Below are positions 46,400-60,067 of a DNA stretch of 64,000 nucleotides, piece by piece (within the stretch, counting starts at the first letter, position 1; every line of letters starts with the position of its first letter). The notes below the pieces were generated by a model. The model had not been told where the DNA came from, ran no database searches, and was given only the letters and a program-made list of their open reading frames with translations. Position numbers and translations under genes: made by a program. The DNA comes from the human T2T-CHM13v2.0 reference genome, Homo sapiens: assembly GCF_009914755.1 (NCBI RefSeq), contig NC_060930.1; one strand, given 5' to 3'.

Positions 46400-47580
46400 C
46401 TCCGGAGGTGGTGATGTTTTTTCACTCGAGTATGATGAGTTCATCCTTTTTTTGCTGTTCGGATGCAGTTTCAGTGGCCAGGAGCACTAGATAAGGTCCT
46501 TCCCAAGCTGGTTCAAGCTTTCCTTTTTTCCACCCTTTGATGAGGACGGGAGCTGATGTTGATGTTCTGGGAATTCCAGGGGCAGCACCTGTGCTAAGAG
46601 ACCTTTGGTTTTAAGAGAAGAGAAAGTGGAAGATAGACCAAGTATATCATTTTTGAGGAACTGACATTTTGTTTTAAATGTAGGAATGTCAGTAGTGGAA
46701 TGTACATAAGGTAGCCCATATAGCGTTTTATAAGGGGATAAGCTGATATCTTTCCAAGGGATGGTTCTGATTCTTAATAAGGCAATGGGGAGACATTTAG
46801 TCCAGGGTAGCTGGGTTTCTAGGATTAATTTGGTGAGGTGGTTTTTTAAGAGTCTGGTTCATTCTTTTTACCCTTCCTGCCAAGGGATATGGCATTCCTG
46901 TTTTATGTCTAGCACCTGGGCTAGCTTTTTAATGACACGTGCAGTGAAATGGGTTCCATTGTCTGAATCCATGTTTTCTATTAGTCCAAACCTGGGTATA
47001 ATGTTTTTAACTAATGCTTTAACTACATTACTGGTGGTTGCACTTGAGAAGGGGGTGGCTCCTACCCAGCGAGTAAAGTGGTCTGCTATTACCAACAAGT
47101 ACTTCAGGCAAACGACTGGGGGCATCTCAGTGTAATTAATTTGAGCACTTTGGAATGGTCTTAGCCCTGGATTTCTGCCCCCAGTAGGTTGCCTTTTTAG
47201 GATTTGTTTATTAGTTTTTCTGCACACTCTGTAACTGCTTGCTTAGCAAGAGTGTATATGCTTATACACCTGTAAACTCTAAGGACTGCACCACACATGG
47301 CTTGGGGTCCCCAGTGAGATCCTTGATGGAGCTGCGACAATATTTCCCTCATGAGAGGTTTAGACAACATTTTCTCCCATCTGGTAGTACCCACCTTCCC
47401 TCTGAGCTTTTCTTGGCTCCTATTTCTTTTAACATTTTTTTGGTCTTTATGGGAGAAGATGGGGACCGCAGCTGGAGGGGAAGGCAAGGGGCTGAATGGA
47501 AAATGGGTACTGCTTGGGAAAAGGCAGCTTGCTTGGCTATTTGGTCAGCTAGATTATTTGCCCGGCTTTCAAAGGAAGGG
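46400..47580 (-). pseudogene. ERV pol remnant: RNase H tail and integrase
   Basis: NNLADQIAKQAA, LHQGSHWGPQAMC (HHCC zinc finger), DDE-core segments and the GPY motif; frameshifted. Confidence 0.87.
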
Positions 47581-47859
47581 TTTTCTTTTTACTATTTTCC
47601 TGGGAGTTTTTAATTTGACCTCGATTGGAGGAACTGGTAATTTCTCTCGATGTCCTTTTTTTGACCATGTATCAGGATGGATACACTTTTCATAATCTGT
47701 GGTGGTAAGTTCAGGGAGGTGAGAAGTTTTCCCTGATTAATGTAGAGGCTTAAGCCAAATTTTAACATTAGATCTCTCCCTAATAGGTTTGTTCTTGCCT
47801 CTGGAATTAACAGAAATTTAATATTAGCTGATCTGCTTTTATATATGACTTTTGTTTCT

Positions 47860-49116
47860 TTTTCCCATTTGGGACATTCTCTTTTGAAGTGACCTATTCT
47901 TTTACATTTGAAACATTTGTTTTGTCTTCTTTCTCTCTCTCTCTGCCTCTCTTTCTCTCCCTCTCCCTCTGGCTCTCTGTCTTTTCCTCCCTCTCTCTCT
48001 CTGTCTTTCTCTTTCTGCCTCTCTTTGTCTCTCTGTCTCTCCTTGCCTCTCCATCTTCTCTCTTTGCCTCTCTTTCTCTCTCTCCCTGACTCCCTCCATT
48101 CCCTCTATAGGCTGATCTTTCCAGTTCTCTGTTTTTGTAATTTCTTTGTGATATTTGGCTACTAGTAACAAAATGGAGCTTTAACATCCCCTGTCCAAGG
48201 GGATCCTTTATGTTTAAGCCTGTATATTTTCTTACCTGTTCCTTGAGTCTGTTTAAAAACTCCGTGGGCCCTTTGTTTTTTCCTTGCTGCATATTAAATG
48301 CTCGGGAAATATTTTGGGTTTGAGGCACTGATTCCCGAATCCCTTTAACTATCATTTTCCTAAGGCCTTTCATGTTTTCTTGGTGGGCTGCATTGTTATT
48401 ATCCCATTGGGGGTTTTGGGCCGGCGATTTTTGTTCTGCTGCAGGGATATTTTGACTGGGAAGGTGTTTGCGCTCTCAGACTATCATAGCAGCCCTGCGG
48501 ATCATGGTTCTTTCCTCTCCCGAAAAGAGAATACTTAAGATGGACATTAGCTCAGCCCAAGTGTATACTTGTGGTCCTAAAAATCGGTTAATTTGATCCA
48601 CAACCCTAAAAAGATCATCTAATAGTGGTTTAAGTTTCTTCCTTAGGTTTCTGACCTCTGAACTAGTTAAGGGGCATTTACAAAGCCAATTTCCCCTCCT
48701 CCTAGAGGCACTTCCCTTAAGGGAAAAAGGGTTGGGGTAGACTTTTTTGAGGAGGAGGGGAAAGGGAAATTTTGAATCCCATGTGCTAGTGGACTGTTTG
48801 GGGTTAGGGATTTTACTTTCTTTAGGGGAGGTATTTTCTGGCTTTTTTTCCTGCAGTTTTTAGGGGGTAGAGGACAGGCCCCTGCCGCCAGTGCAGGGCA
48901 TAGTCTATTTCTTCCTGGGAGACAGGACTTTTGTTATTTACATACTTTATTAAAAGTTGACAAATCTAATCCTTATTTGACCCAAAACTTGGCCAGAAAA
49001 CTAAAGGTTTAAGAATAGTTTCTTTGGTTCAAAAAAAACAACAATATTTTATCATCTGTTGCTTTTTCTTATGTTTGGTCCTTTGTAGTTCTTGTTTTAC
49101 TAGGGGTATTTCCCAT
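47860..49116 (-). pseudogene. ERV gag remnant
   Basis: MGNTPSK start, capsid/MHR ORF 48373-47894, zinc-knuckle remnant near 47870-47915; disrupted. Confidence 0.85.
47925..48105. repeat. CT-rich low-complexity tract inside ERV gag
   Basis: About 180 bp, almost purely pyrimidine on +. Confidence 0.9.
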
Positions 49117-49152
49117 CCTGGAAGTTAATGGGGGCTCAGTCTCTCCTATTAG

Positions 49153-49483
<331 letters not shown>

Positions 49484-49881
49484 GGCTCAACCTCTTTTAC
49501 TAGAGATTGTTTTTTTTTTGCTCCCTTTCCCTGGAGGCTCAGCTCCCCCACTGGAGATTTCTTGCACTCCTTTACTTTACTCCACACTCGCTTTGCACTT
49601 AATTGTGCATCTTATTTACACACTTTTAACCTCCAAACTGTCCCTACCACCAAGGAAGTACTTCACCGCCCCCACAGTTTTTCTTACCTTGGTCTGTGCA
49701 TAGCGTTACCTGCTCACCACAGTAACTGTAGGCCTTTTCTTCCTGTGTTGCTAAGAGTCTGGGTTTATTGGTTGCACTGGGTGGGTCCCGATTCTTTACC
49801 CTTGAGGCCACTGCAATGAGTTAGCGGGATGCGTCTCCTCATGAGAAGTGATCAGAGACCCTTTCCCGGAGGAGAATGAGG

Positions 49882-49899
49882 TCCCCATATGGGCCACCA
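49882..49899 (-). promoter_or_regulatory. Retroviral primer-binding site complementary to tRNA-Ile
   Basis: Minus strand TGGTGGCCCATATGGGGA versus TGGTGGCCCGTACGGGGA (complement of the tRNA-Ile(AAU) 3' end): 16/18, both mismatches are CpG transitions. Confidence 0.88.
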
Positions 49900-49903
49900 A
49901 ATT

Positions 49904-50405
49904 TGTTGGAAACAAATGCTCAGTGCTGCAAAGAAGAACCAGCACTGAGACAAAGGATCTCTCAGCAAGGCAAATTTGCTTCTGCAGAAGGGTGCTTCTT
50001 GTAGGTCTGGTCGCCACGAGAGCACCCCAAACAAAGGAGGGAAGGGGTTTTTATTCCTAACACAGCTTGTGCCCGCTACTGTGTCCTGTCTCCATTGGCT
50101 GGAGCTGGACCAATCCAAGCTGAACCCGGTTGGCTAACTTGAAAAGTGCAAGAATGCGGTTACACTGGTGGGGGGTGGGAGGAACAGTTTCTGCGGGGAG
50201 GGTCGTTGTGACGGGAGGGGTAATTCACAGAGTGGGTAGCAGATGTGGAATGTGGGCTGTATAGATAAGGACTGGTGGGAAGGTTGTTTACCAGGGCAGG
50301 GGGACACAGAGAGTAAGGAAGTCTGGCCTTGAAAGGAGGGAACAGAGGACAAGGAAACTTAAACAAGCTAAACCTTTGAAGAAGAACTTCTTACTGTATT
50401 TAACA
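49904..50405 (-). mobile_element. 5' LTR of the provirus, LTR10 family
   Basis: Minus strand starts TGTTAAATACAGT and ends ...TTCCAACA, followed 4 nt later by the PBS. CCAAT-like boxes near 50092-50133 and an AATAAAA/TATA-like element near 50049-50055. Confidence 0.85.
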
Positions 50406-50442
50406 CTAGCCTGGCCAACATGGTGAAACCCCGTCTCTACTA

Positions 50443-50655
<213 letters not shown>

Positions 50656-51199
50656 CTACTATAATTAAAACAGTTGTATAAATATTAGCCATTGTTATTT
50701 CACAGGTGAGGAAACAAGAGATCCCAACACAGAGCTGGACCCAAACCAGTGCTCTTGCCAAACATTGGAGGCCTCTGTGTTCCTCAGATTGAGGAGGTCC
50801 TGATGAGGACATTATGAGGGGCCCTGTTTTGCAGTTATCACCGCAGAAGTGGGCAGCACTCTCTGTAGGAAGTCTGGTCTCGGCAATCATCCAGCCAACT
50901 GGGGTTATCTCAGGTTATAACTTGGTTCTGAGGCCCCGACTTGCAGCCTGAAGGTGGCTTGGTTTACTTACCTACTGTCACATTTGGTAACGGCTGAAGG
51001 GTAGAAGGGTGCAAACCTCACTGTATTGTCTTATTACAATCTGCTCCTTGTCAACCAGACAGCTGGGTTCAGAGAAAGCTTAGAAGCCCATATAGAAAGC
51101 CTTGCGTGCCCTTGCGAGAGACAGAGTGGAGAGAGAGAGGAGCATTTACCAACTCACTCAAGCAGTGTAGCTTTCTCTGCAGGGAAAGTGTGTTGGTGA

Positions 51200-51448
<249 letters not shown>

Positions 51449-51524
51449 TAGCCAGGATGGTCTCAATCTCCTGACCTCATGATCCGCCCCCATCGGCCTC
51501 CCAAAGTGTTGGGATTACAGGTGA

Positions 51525-51725
<201 letters not shown>

Positions 51726-53091
51726 TAGAGACAGGGTCTTGCTTTGTTTCCTAGGCTGGTCTCAAACTCCTGGCTTCAAGTGATCCTCCTGCCTTGGCCT
51801 CCCAAAGTGCTACGATGACAGGTGTGAGCCACTGCACCTGGCCCAAATTTCACCTAAGGGGGGTAGTGCTAATTAAAATGTAGCAAAAACATATTTCCTT
51901 GAAACTCAGTACATCCTAGTGACCATGCAGTAAGCAAAGTTAGGCATGGTGTATCTGTACAGTTGTCTCGTAAATAAAGGACACAGTTTTCTTGCAGCTG
52001 TATTCCAGTAGGCAGGTAACTGAAAAACAGACCTAAGGACATAGCTCTCTGCTCCTAGACTTCTGCCTGGTGTGCCAAAGAGATTAACATCCTGCCACCA
52101 GGAGAAACCATCCTGGCTGGGCCCAGGGCAAGAGGGCTGGTATAGCTCAGGGTAGGGCTGGGCACTTTTTGCAGCCCGGATGCTTGGAGAGAAGCACAGG
52201 GGTGGAACAGTGGCCAGCTGGGGGCAGTGCTGAGGAAGGGCTTGCCCAGTAGCACTGGGCTGGATGTCAGCAGTGGGGTGGGCCCTGGCTTGACTCGGTC
52301 TCCAGTGTGGCTCTGAATGAGTGGGGAGAGCTGGAGAGGCAGGCTTGAGTTTCCTGCTGTTCCCTATTTTGTAGATGTCAGTAGCAGATGGCAGATGCTC
52401 TGTGATGATGCAGCCATCTGCATGCCTCATTTTTCACTTGTCTGCGAGTCGCTCAGCCCAGGGGGCCCCATCCTTCACCTCAGTGGAACAGTACCCAGTT
52501 CACAACAGATGGGCCGTAAATGTTTGGGGGCTGGCTGACCAGGGCACCAGACTGGGCGGGGTGGTCTTAGAATACTTTTAAGGAAAATATTTTATATTTG
52601 ATCTTCGTATTTGGTGAACTCTGAGTTATCAATTGTGACTAAAAATAGATATAAGATCAATGTAGCCTGAAGACGATGGACCCATTTTACAGTTATGGGC
52701 TCCCAAAATTCAAGTTGCTGCTGGTTCACCACTTGGAAAAGAATTCAAGACACAAAATCAGGCTGCAGGGACAACCACAGTATCATGGGGCTTTGGCCTC
52801 CACATCTCAGGTAACAGGAGTGAAGGGCCACTGGGATACAGACAAGAGGCTGCCTTCAGAGGAGGGACAAAGCCAGCTTACCGAGTATCTACTATGTTCT
52901 AGTTTGGGGATGATGGACTGGGTGCTGAGGATGGTGATGAGTAAGGCAGTGTTCCTGATCCCTCAGTGGGAGAAGGGGAATCACATTTTGTTAACTACAG
53001 GTAAAGGCTGGTGTCATGTTAGGAAGACTCTGGTAGCCACAGAGGGCAATAGGATACACATGGGTTTAAGTTTTTTATTTTTATTTTTTGA

Positions 53092-53199
<108 letters not shown>

Positions 53200-53848
53200 T
53201 AGCTGGGATTATGGGCGCCCACCACCAAGCCTGGCGAATTTTTCATATTTTCAGTAGAGATGGGGTTTCACCATGTTAGTCAGGATGGTCTTGATCTCCT
53301 GACCTCGTGATCCGCCCTCCTCGGCCTCCCAAAGTGCTGGGATTACAGGTGTGAGCCAGGACACCCAGCGGGTTTAAGTTTTTAAGACAAAAAAATTCAG
53401 GAGTCCTTAGTGTGGAAACACGGTTGTGAGCAGATACAATACAAACTCATCAAGTCATTCACTAGAACTAGAGTAACTAGAATTAGTCATTGCATCCCCA
53501 AATACTCATCAACTGTTTATTCTTACCACTTATTTCCCTAGTCAGAAGCTTTAAGGAGATAACTTTAAGCCAAGAACAATGCCTACAATAAGGAGTTATC
53601 TTATGAAAACACATTATCCCAGAGCAGACCCAGGCTGGAAATATTTAATACCTCAAGAAAGGCTTAGATACAGACCGGACCCGGTGGCTCACGCCTGTAA
53701 TCCCAGCATTTTGGGAGGCTGACGCAAGTTGATCACCTGAGGTCAGGAGCTCGAGACCAGCCTGGCCAACATGGTGAAACCCCATCTCTACTAAAAATAC
53801 AAAAAATTAGCTGGGTGTGGTGGCGGACCCTGTAATCCCAGCTACTCA

Positions 53849-53953
<105 letters not shown>

Positions 53954-54294
53954 TCAAAAACAAAAACAAAAAAGAAAGCCTTAGCCACATGTTGTATTTG
54001 CAATGTGTCAACTAAGCCAAGTTGGAAACACATGTCCCAGAATTCCTTCCCTGCTTAGTTCTGGGTTAGCAAGGACCAATGACCTTGTGGAGATTTGAGA
54101 GGTGGAAACAATGTAGCAGCCACATTTTTTTTTCTAATTTTAGAGACAAGGTCTCACTCTGTTGCCCAGGCTGGAGTGCAGTGGCGTGATCATAGCTCAC
54201 TGAAGCCTACGACTCATGGCTTCAAGTATCCTCTCACCTCAGCCTCTCAAGTAGCTGGGACTATAGGCATGCACCACCATGTGTAGCTAATTAA

Positions 54295-54504
<210 letters not shown>

Positions 54505-55401
54505 TAGACTATGAGGCCCATGGCTCTGCTGCCATTTCAGTTCCACCGAATGTGGGAATTCTAAGGAAGTACCAACATCTCCTTCCATACACCAAGAGCA
54601 TCACTCATCATACTAGAAAAAGACCTATTTTAAAATGGTGCAAGGGCATCAGGTGACCTGACGGCCATGGGCAGGCTGCATCACCATTCTGGGTCCTCCC
54701 CATATTCTTGATTCTCCAAGGTTCCCTCATCTTTAGAAGACAAAGAATCCCTGCCTTATAAACTGTGCTTTAATTTTTCTAACTATAGGCTGCAGTTACC
54801 CAAACAAGATGCTGTCAAAAATCTTAAGAGTTGTATTTAACGCTGTCTCTTTCTTGCCGTGTATTATTAAGGTCACACGTGGAGATTCTGGGCAATTACA
54901 GATAGTGCCTTCTCCTCCCACAGAAATCTCCATGTCAGACATGTAGTAGAGAAAAATCTGAAGGGAAGTACTGAAGGTCTACCAAAACTTTTCAAGCCAT
55001 CAGAGAATGTCCTTTTATGTACTTTCGTCAGTCACTGTCATTCAGATGCATAAGTAGCCAGCTGATGGAAAAAATACACAGCTGGGTTGGGGAATTCTGA
55101 GTTTCAGGATTTTGACTAACTGGCTCAAATTCAATGCGTTTTGTCACCAATACTGGAGATAGTCTCCAGCCCCAGAGAATACAGGCTTCACATGTACCAT
55201 ACTAAAAGTGGAGTTCAGTGTGCTGCTAAGGCCAAGTAAGTATAGACAAAGCCCTTCACTGGCAGTCCTCGTTTTGGAGGTTGTGCAAGCTGCCTCTGAA
55301 TTTCTGAGATCACACATTTACAGCCAGGAATCTTCTCTGGCTCATCCTCAAGATCCCTAGGGTGATCATTATTTTCTTACAAAAAAAAAGCACGCAAATA
55401 A

Positions 55402-55692
<291 letters not shown>

Positions 55693-56639
55693 TAGCTAGG
55701 AATTTATTTCATTACCAAATAATTTAACAGGGAGGAGGGAGAAATATAATTCAAATCCAGAGATGAAGCCAAGAATTCAGAGGGAATAAAGGGTGCCTAG
55801 AACCTGCATCAACCTGTCTGTAGACCTCAGAGGTCCTACTAAGTACCTTCCAGCACTGTGCCACCTTCTTTTGCAGTGTGAAAATGAGGATTTGCAGTAT
55901 ATGTGACATCTCCTTAGGCCTTGAGAGTCTGTGATGATGAGTATTGATGATATATGCTACTTAAGAAAGAAAATGCATGCTCAATATGGACCACCACCTT
56001 AGATAGCCTTACTTATGTTTCATATATTTATTAAAGGGCACAATTAAATTTTATTTTGCAAGTCGAGCCTACCTTAAAATCAGCTTAAAAAGGTGAAATA
56101 TCCGCTGGCTAATGAAAAAACAAAACCTTTTTATTTTTCCCATTACTTGGTTCTTTTTAGCAATGATGCATTGTTCTGCCACTTTCACCCCAATGTTGGT
56201 TTCAGGTTCACCTTAGAGCAAAGTGTAGGATGATACTGTCCATTGCCGATTTTCTGATTTTTTTTTTTTTTTTTTTTTTTTTGAGACCAAGTCTCACTGT
56301 CACCCAGGCCAGAGTGCAGTGGCACAATCTTGGCTCACTGCAACTTCCACTTCCTAGGTTCAAGTGATTCTCCTGCCTCAGCCTCCTGAGTAGCTGGGAT
56401 TACAGGTGTGCACCACCACACCTGGCTAATTTTTGTATTTTTAGTAGAGACAGGGTTTTACCACATTGGCCAGGCTGGTCTCAAACTCCTGACCTCAGGT
56501 GATGCACCTGCCTTGGCCTCCCAAAGTGCTGGGATTACAGGCATGAGCCACTACGCCTGACCTCTCTGATGTCTAATTTCTTCAAGTTGGCCCCCACCAT
56601 GGTTTTTTAACCAATATAGCTTTCCCTGAAAATCACTTA

Positions 56640-56685
56640 AGCAAAACCAAAAACAATGGGAAGTCACATTTTTTTTGGATTTATT
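56640..56685 (-). terminator. FKBP5 polyadenylation signal and downstream GU-rich element
   Basis: + strand tttatt at 56680-56685 is AATAAA on minus. About 25-45 nt downstream on minus lies CCATTGTTTTTGGTTTTGC. Confidence 0.85.
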
Positions 56686-58908
56686 TAAAGAACACACAAA
56701 AAAGTGCATCTAAATGATTTTTTTTTTTAAAAAACAATGTCTTTAATTCCTCATATGCTGACTTGGCAATCCATATGCAGCCTAAAAGGTGGTTGAAAGA
56801 TGTCTGTGGACTTCTACACAAATTGTTTAAGATTATTGAATTTGATACAAGAATACGTGAAGTGTCTTCTTGAGTGGTAATGGGCACCCTGTAGTTATTT
56901 GCTCAGAACCACTCACACACCCTTCCCCTCCCCACACACACTTTTGCCAGTTCCCCCTGGTGAACCATAATACACACGTGGGAGACAGCTGGCATCATCT
57001 GAGTCTTGGAATAGCTTTCTTGTTTGTTATCTGCAAAAAGCTAGGTGGCCTTTTTAGTATCAAATTTCAATCTTGGCCTCACTGGAACCATGCTCTACAG
57101 AGCTTTCCCAACAGTTTAGCAAGTAAGCAAAATCAGCTTTTGCTCTTCATATTTCGTAGGTGAGACTGGGGCTTTTAAAAGAAATATTTCATAAAAAAGA
57201 CAAAAGCATAAATGAGAAATTAGAGGGATTTTAGTTATCATTAAAGGAAAAAACTCACAAATTGATCCCATTTGTTCCATGGGGAAGAAAAGTATTATAA
57301 AAGGAAATAACTTGATTTTTAGGTTTGAAGGGGGTCCCAATCTAATAATAAAAGTCTTTTGATAAAACCATCATAAAAATAAAAACTAATTTAAAATATA
57401 ACTGCCAGTGTTTTTTAGGATTTAAAAAGGTGAGATGTTCCAGGTTTAAGCAAATGGTTCCTTGGGTTGCCAAATGCATTCCCATGAGTGTTTCTTAGGC
57501 TGAGGGAATAGAGAGCCATGCTCAATCTGTTTACCCGTAAGGACTGAAATTCAACTACATGTACACATTTAAGACTTGCCCTAGTTCAATGGTCAGCTCA
57601 AGTACTGGAGATTTAGGCTACTGGCTGTGTACCGGCATGGGAAGCTGTCTTCAACTCTTTCACAACTCACGCCAGAACAGAGAAGCTTGACAGGGCAGGA
57701 AAAGCGAGCAACTGCGTGTCAAACCTGCAGGTGAAACCCCTAGTGTAGAAGAGCAACTATTTATTTGTCAACACTACAGATTTTGTTTTTAAAAATTAAG
57801 CTTAGTACTAAAAAGTCAAAATTTTTTTGCATGATAGAGGAGTGTAAATAAAGTTCCATAAACCAGTATACATATGCTTATGAGCCAATAATCTTAAAAA
57901 GACAAAAAAAGCTGCATGGATCCTAAATGACTATGTAAATAGATCCACTCCAGGTCAAAAATATTGTAAGCACAAGTCTTAAATTCTTAATAGCAAGGAT
58001 TAGAATGAAAGAAGAAGCTGAGCAGTAGCAATGCTGGGAGGAAGTACTGTGTATTGAATATTATTCCCTAAAAGGAATAGAGGAGGGGAGAAAAAGCACA
58101 ATTCTGATTGCTCTTTTCACATTTCAGTATCTCAGAACTTCATCGAAAATAGGAAAAGCTAATCCAGAAACTCTCATCTGCTCATTATCATTGCTGAAGG
58201 GTGTTTTAGGAATGACAGAATTACTCCCCCAGGGACAGGCTGTGTGTGGTAGAAAGCCACTCTCACAAGGAGGCTGGCTGAGGAGGGGGACTTTGGGAGG
58301 AGGCTAAGTCAGCAAGCAAGTGGCCTCTGAGGTTCTGGCTTTCACGTCTGTGACACTGCTGTGGAACTGGGGAGACATGAGACCCCTCTACTGTGGGTTC
58401 TGTTGGTTAAAAATGCAACAGACTACATTTATAGCACTTCAGTCATTTAAAAAACAAAAGCTTATCCTCCTTCCCCTACCCTACCCAACTGTAGGAAAGG
58501 AGAAATTCATGAAGCATTTTTTTTTTAAAGGTTTCTGCAGTGCTATGAAAGTTCAAAGGTAAAACCTAACAGCCCCACATTGTTAGGATGATCTCCAGGG
58601 ACCCTGAATTGGATACTTGAAGGTTGATAGAAACTGAAATGAGCTGGACTTAAGCTGCTGGCTCACTCCCTCCACACCACAGTCATTTCTGTTTGTTCCA
58701 CCTGGAGTGGTCCCGTGCCACCCCTCAGTGAACCCTCCGGGCAGCAGCAGGGGGGCTGTTTTTGGGAAGCTACTGGTTTTGCCATTTGCTTCCAGAATCA
58801 CATAGACTATAACAAACTTTACATTAAACACTGTTCTGTCCTGAGTTGGGGGAAAGCCCATTGAGGAGGGGCCGAGTTCACTGGGACTCTTCCCTCCTTG
58901 GCGTGGCG
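56660..58908 (-). other. FKBP5: FKBP5 3'UTR (~2.25 kb)
   Basis: Repeat-free, AT-rich sequence running from the stop codon to a canonical AATAAA with a downstream GU/U-rich element. The left end is approximate. Confidence 0.9.
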
Positions 58909-59016
58909 TCATACGTGGCCCTCAGGTTTCTCTTCTTCCATTGCTTGACTGTCTGTTCCTTTTTCATTAGTGACCCCTTCTGAAGTCTTCTTGCCCATTG
59001 CTTTATTGGCCTCTTC
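58909..59016 (-). CDS. FKBP5: FKBP5 last exon, coding part (exon 11), including TGA stop
   Basis: Acceptor ttag|GAAGAG (AG at 59018-59017). 108 nt encodes EEANKAMGKKTSEGVTNEKGTDSQAMEEEKPEGHV*, the FKBP51 C-terminus. Stop at 58911-58909. Confidence 0.98.
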   Translation of the reverse strand, partial: EEANKAMGKKTSEGVTNEKGTDSQAMEEEKPEGHV

Positions 59017-59450
59017 CTAAGGAAGAAATAAGCAATCAAGAAGGTTAGAGAATAAAGAAGTGAAATAATTCCTGGCTCCTCCAGACTGTGTATCAGGTCC
59101 CAAACACGAGGTATTGCAATGATTTTCTCTAGGATATCTAGCTGGGTAGGTCAGGGCTGTGCTACCAATAGTTAGAGTGGGAGCTTCACCTTTCTTTGGT
59201 TGACACATGGGACAGCTGTGGGATAATGAAGTCTGGGCATTCCTGGAGACTGGGGACAGGACCAGAATGCCAACTATGCTGTAGGGAGGCCGCCCTCTCT
59301 GCAGACAGACCTCTCCTGCCACATTTTTCAGGCTGGCTGCCGACCCTCAAGATAACAGGTGTGATGATGGGGCTCCTATAACATCCCATTTCCTGGGAAA
59401 ATCGTAAGTCTTACTTGAAAAAAAAATCCTGATGGGTTTACAATTTTTCA

Positions 59451-59552
<102 letters not shown>

Positions 59553-59772
59553 CTAGACAACAAAGTGAAACCCTATCTTTACAAAAAATTTTAAAAAATT
59601 AGCCCAGTGTGGTAGTGTGCTTGTCCTAGCTACTCAGGAGGCTGAGGTGGGAGGATCACTTGATCCAGAGAAGTCAAGGCTGCAGTGAGCCATGTTAGCA
59701 CGACTGCATTACAGTCTGGGTGACAGAGTGAGACTCTGACTCGGGCAGGGGCCCGGGGGGCGGGCGGGGGGA

Positions 59773-59844
59773 GTTGGTGCAAAATTGCTGTTTTTGCCAT
59801 TGAAAGTAATGGTAAAAACCACAATTACTTTTGAACCAATCTAA
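59773..59844. mobile_element. MADE1 (Hsmar1-derived MITE) palindrome in the last FKBP5 intron
   Basis: gttggtgcaaaattgctgtttttgccattgaaagtaatggtaaaaaccacaattacttttgaaccaatctaa followed by TA. It is an inverted repeat matching the MADE1 consensus. Confidence 0.88.
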
Positions 59845-60067
59845 TACATCTGAAGGGAATTTAGTTTTCTCATCTCTCATGACGTGTGCCTTTGGTGACT
59901 GGAACTGCCCTACTCGACCTTTGGATCCAAAGCAGCCTCAGATTAGATTGGAAATCGTTTTCCCTGCTCTTGAGCCTCTTGGGTTGTTTAGCTGTTCCTG
60001 TCCCCTAAAATCAAAGGGGCATGGTCAGGCTCTTGATCCACCTGCAGTCATCAGGCTCTGCACACAC

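Noticed and set aside
50361-50370. Possible p53 site in LTR10 (AAACAAGCTA)
   Set aside because: Some LTR10 subfamilies carry p53 elements, but only one imperfect half-site is present here, with no adjacent partner.
59002-59007. AATAAA on the minus strand in the last FKBP5 exon
   Set aside because: It lies in coding sequence (Asn-Lys codons) upstream of the stop; probably incidental.
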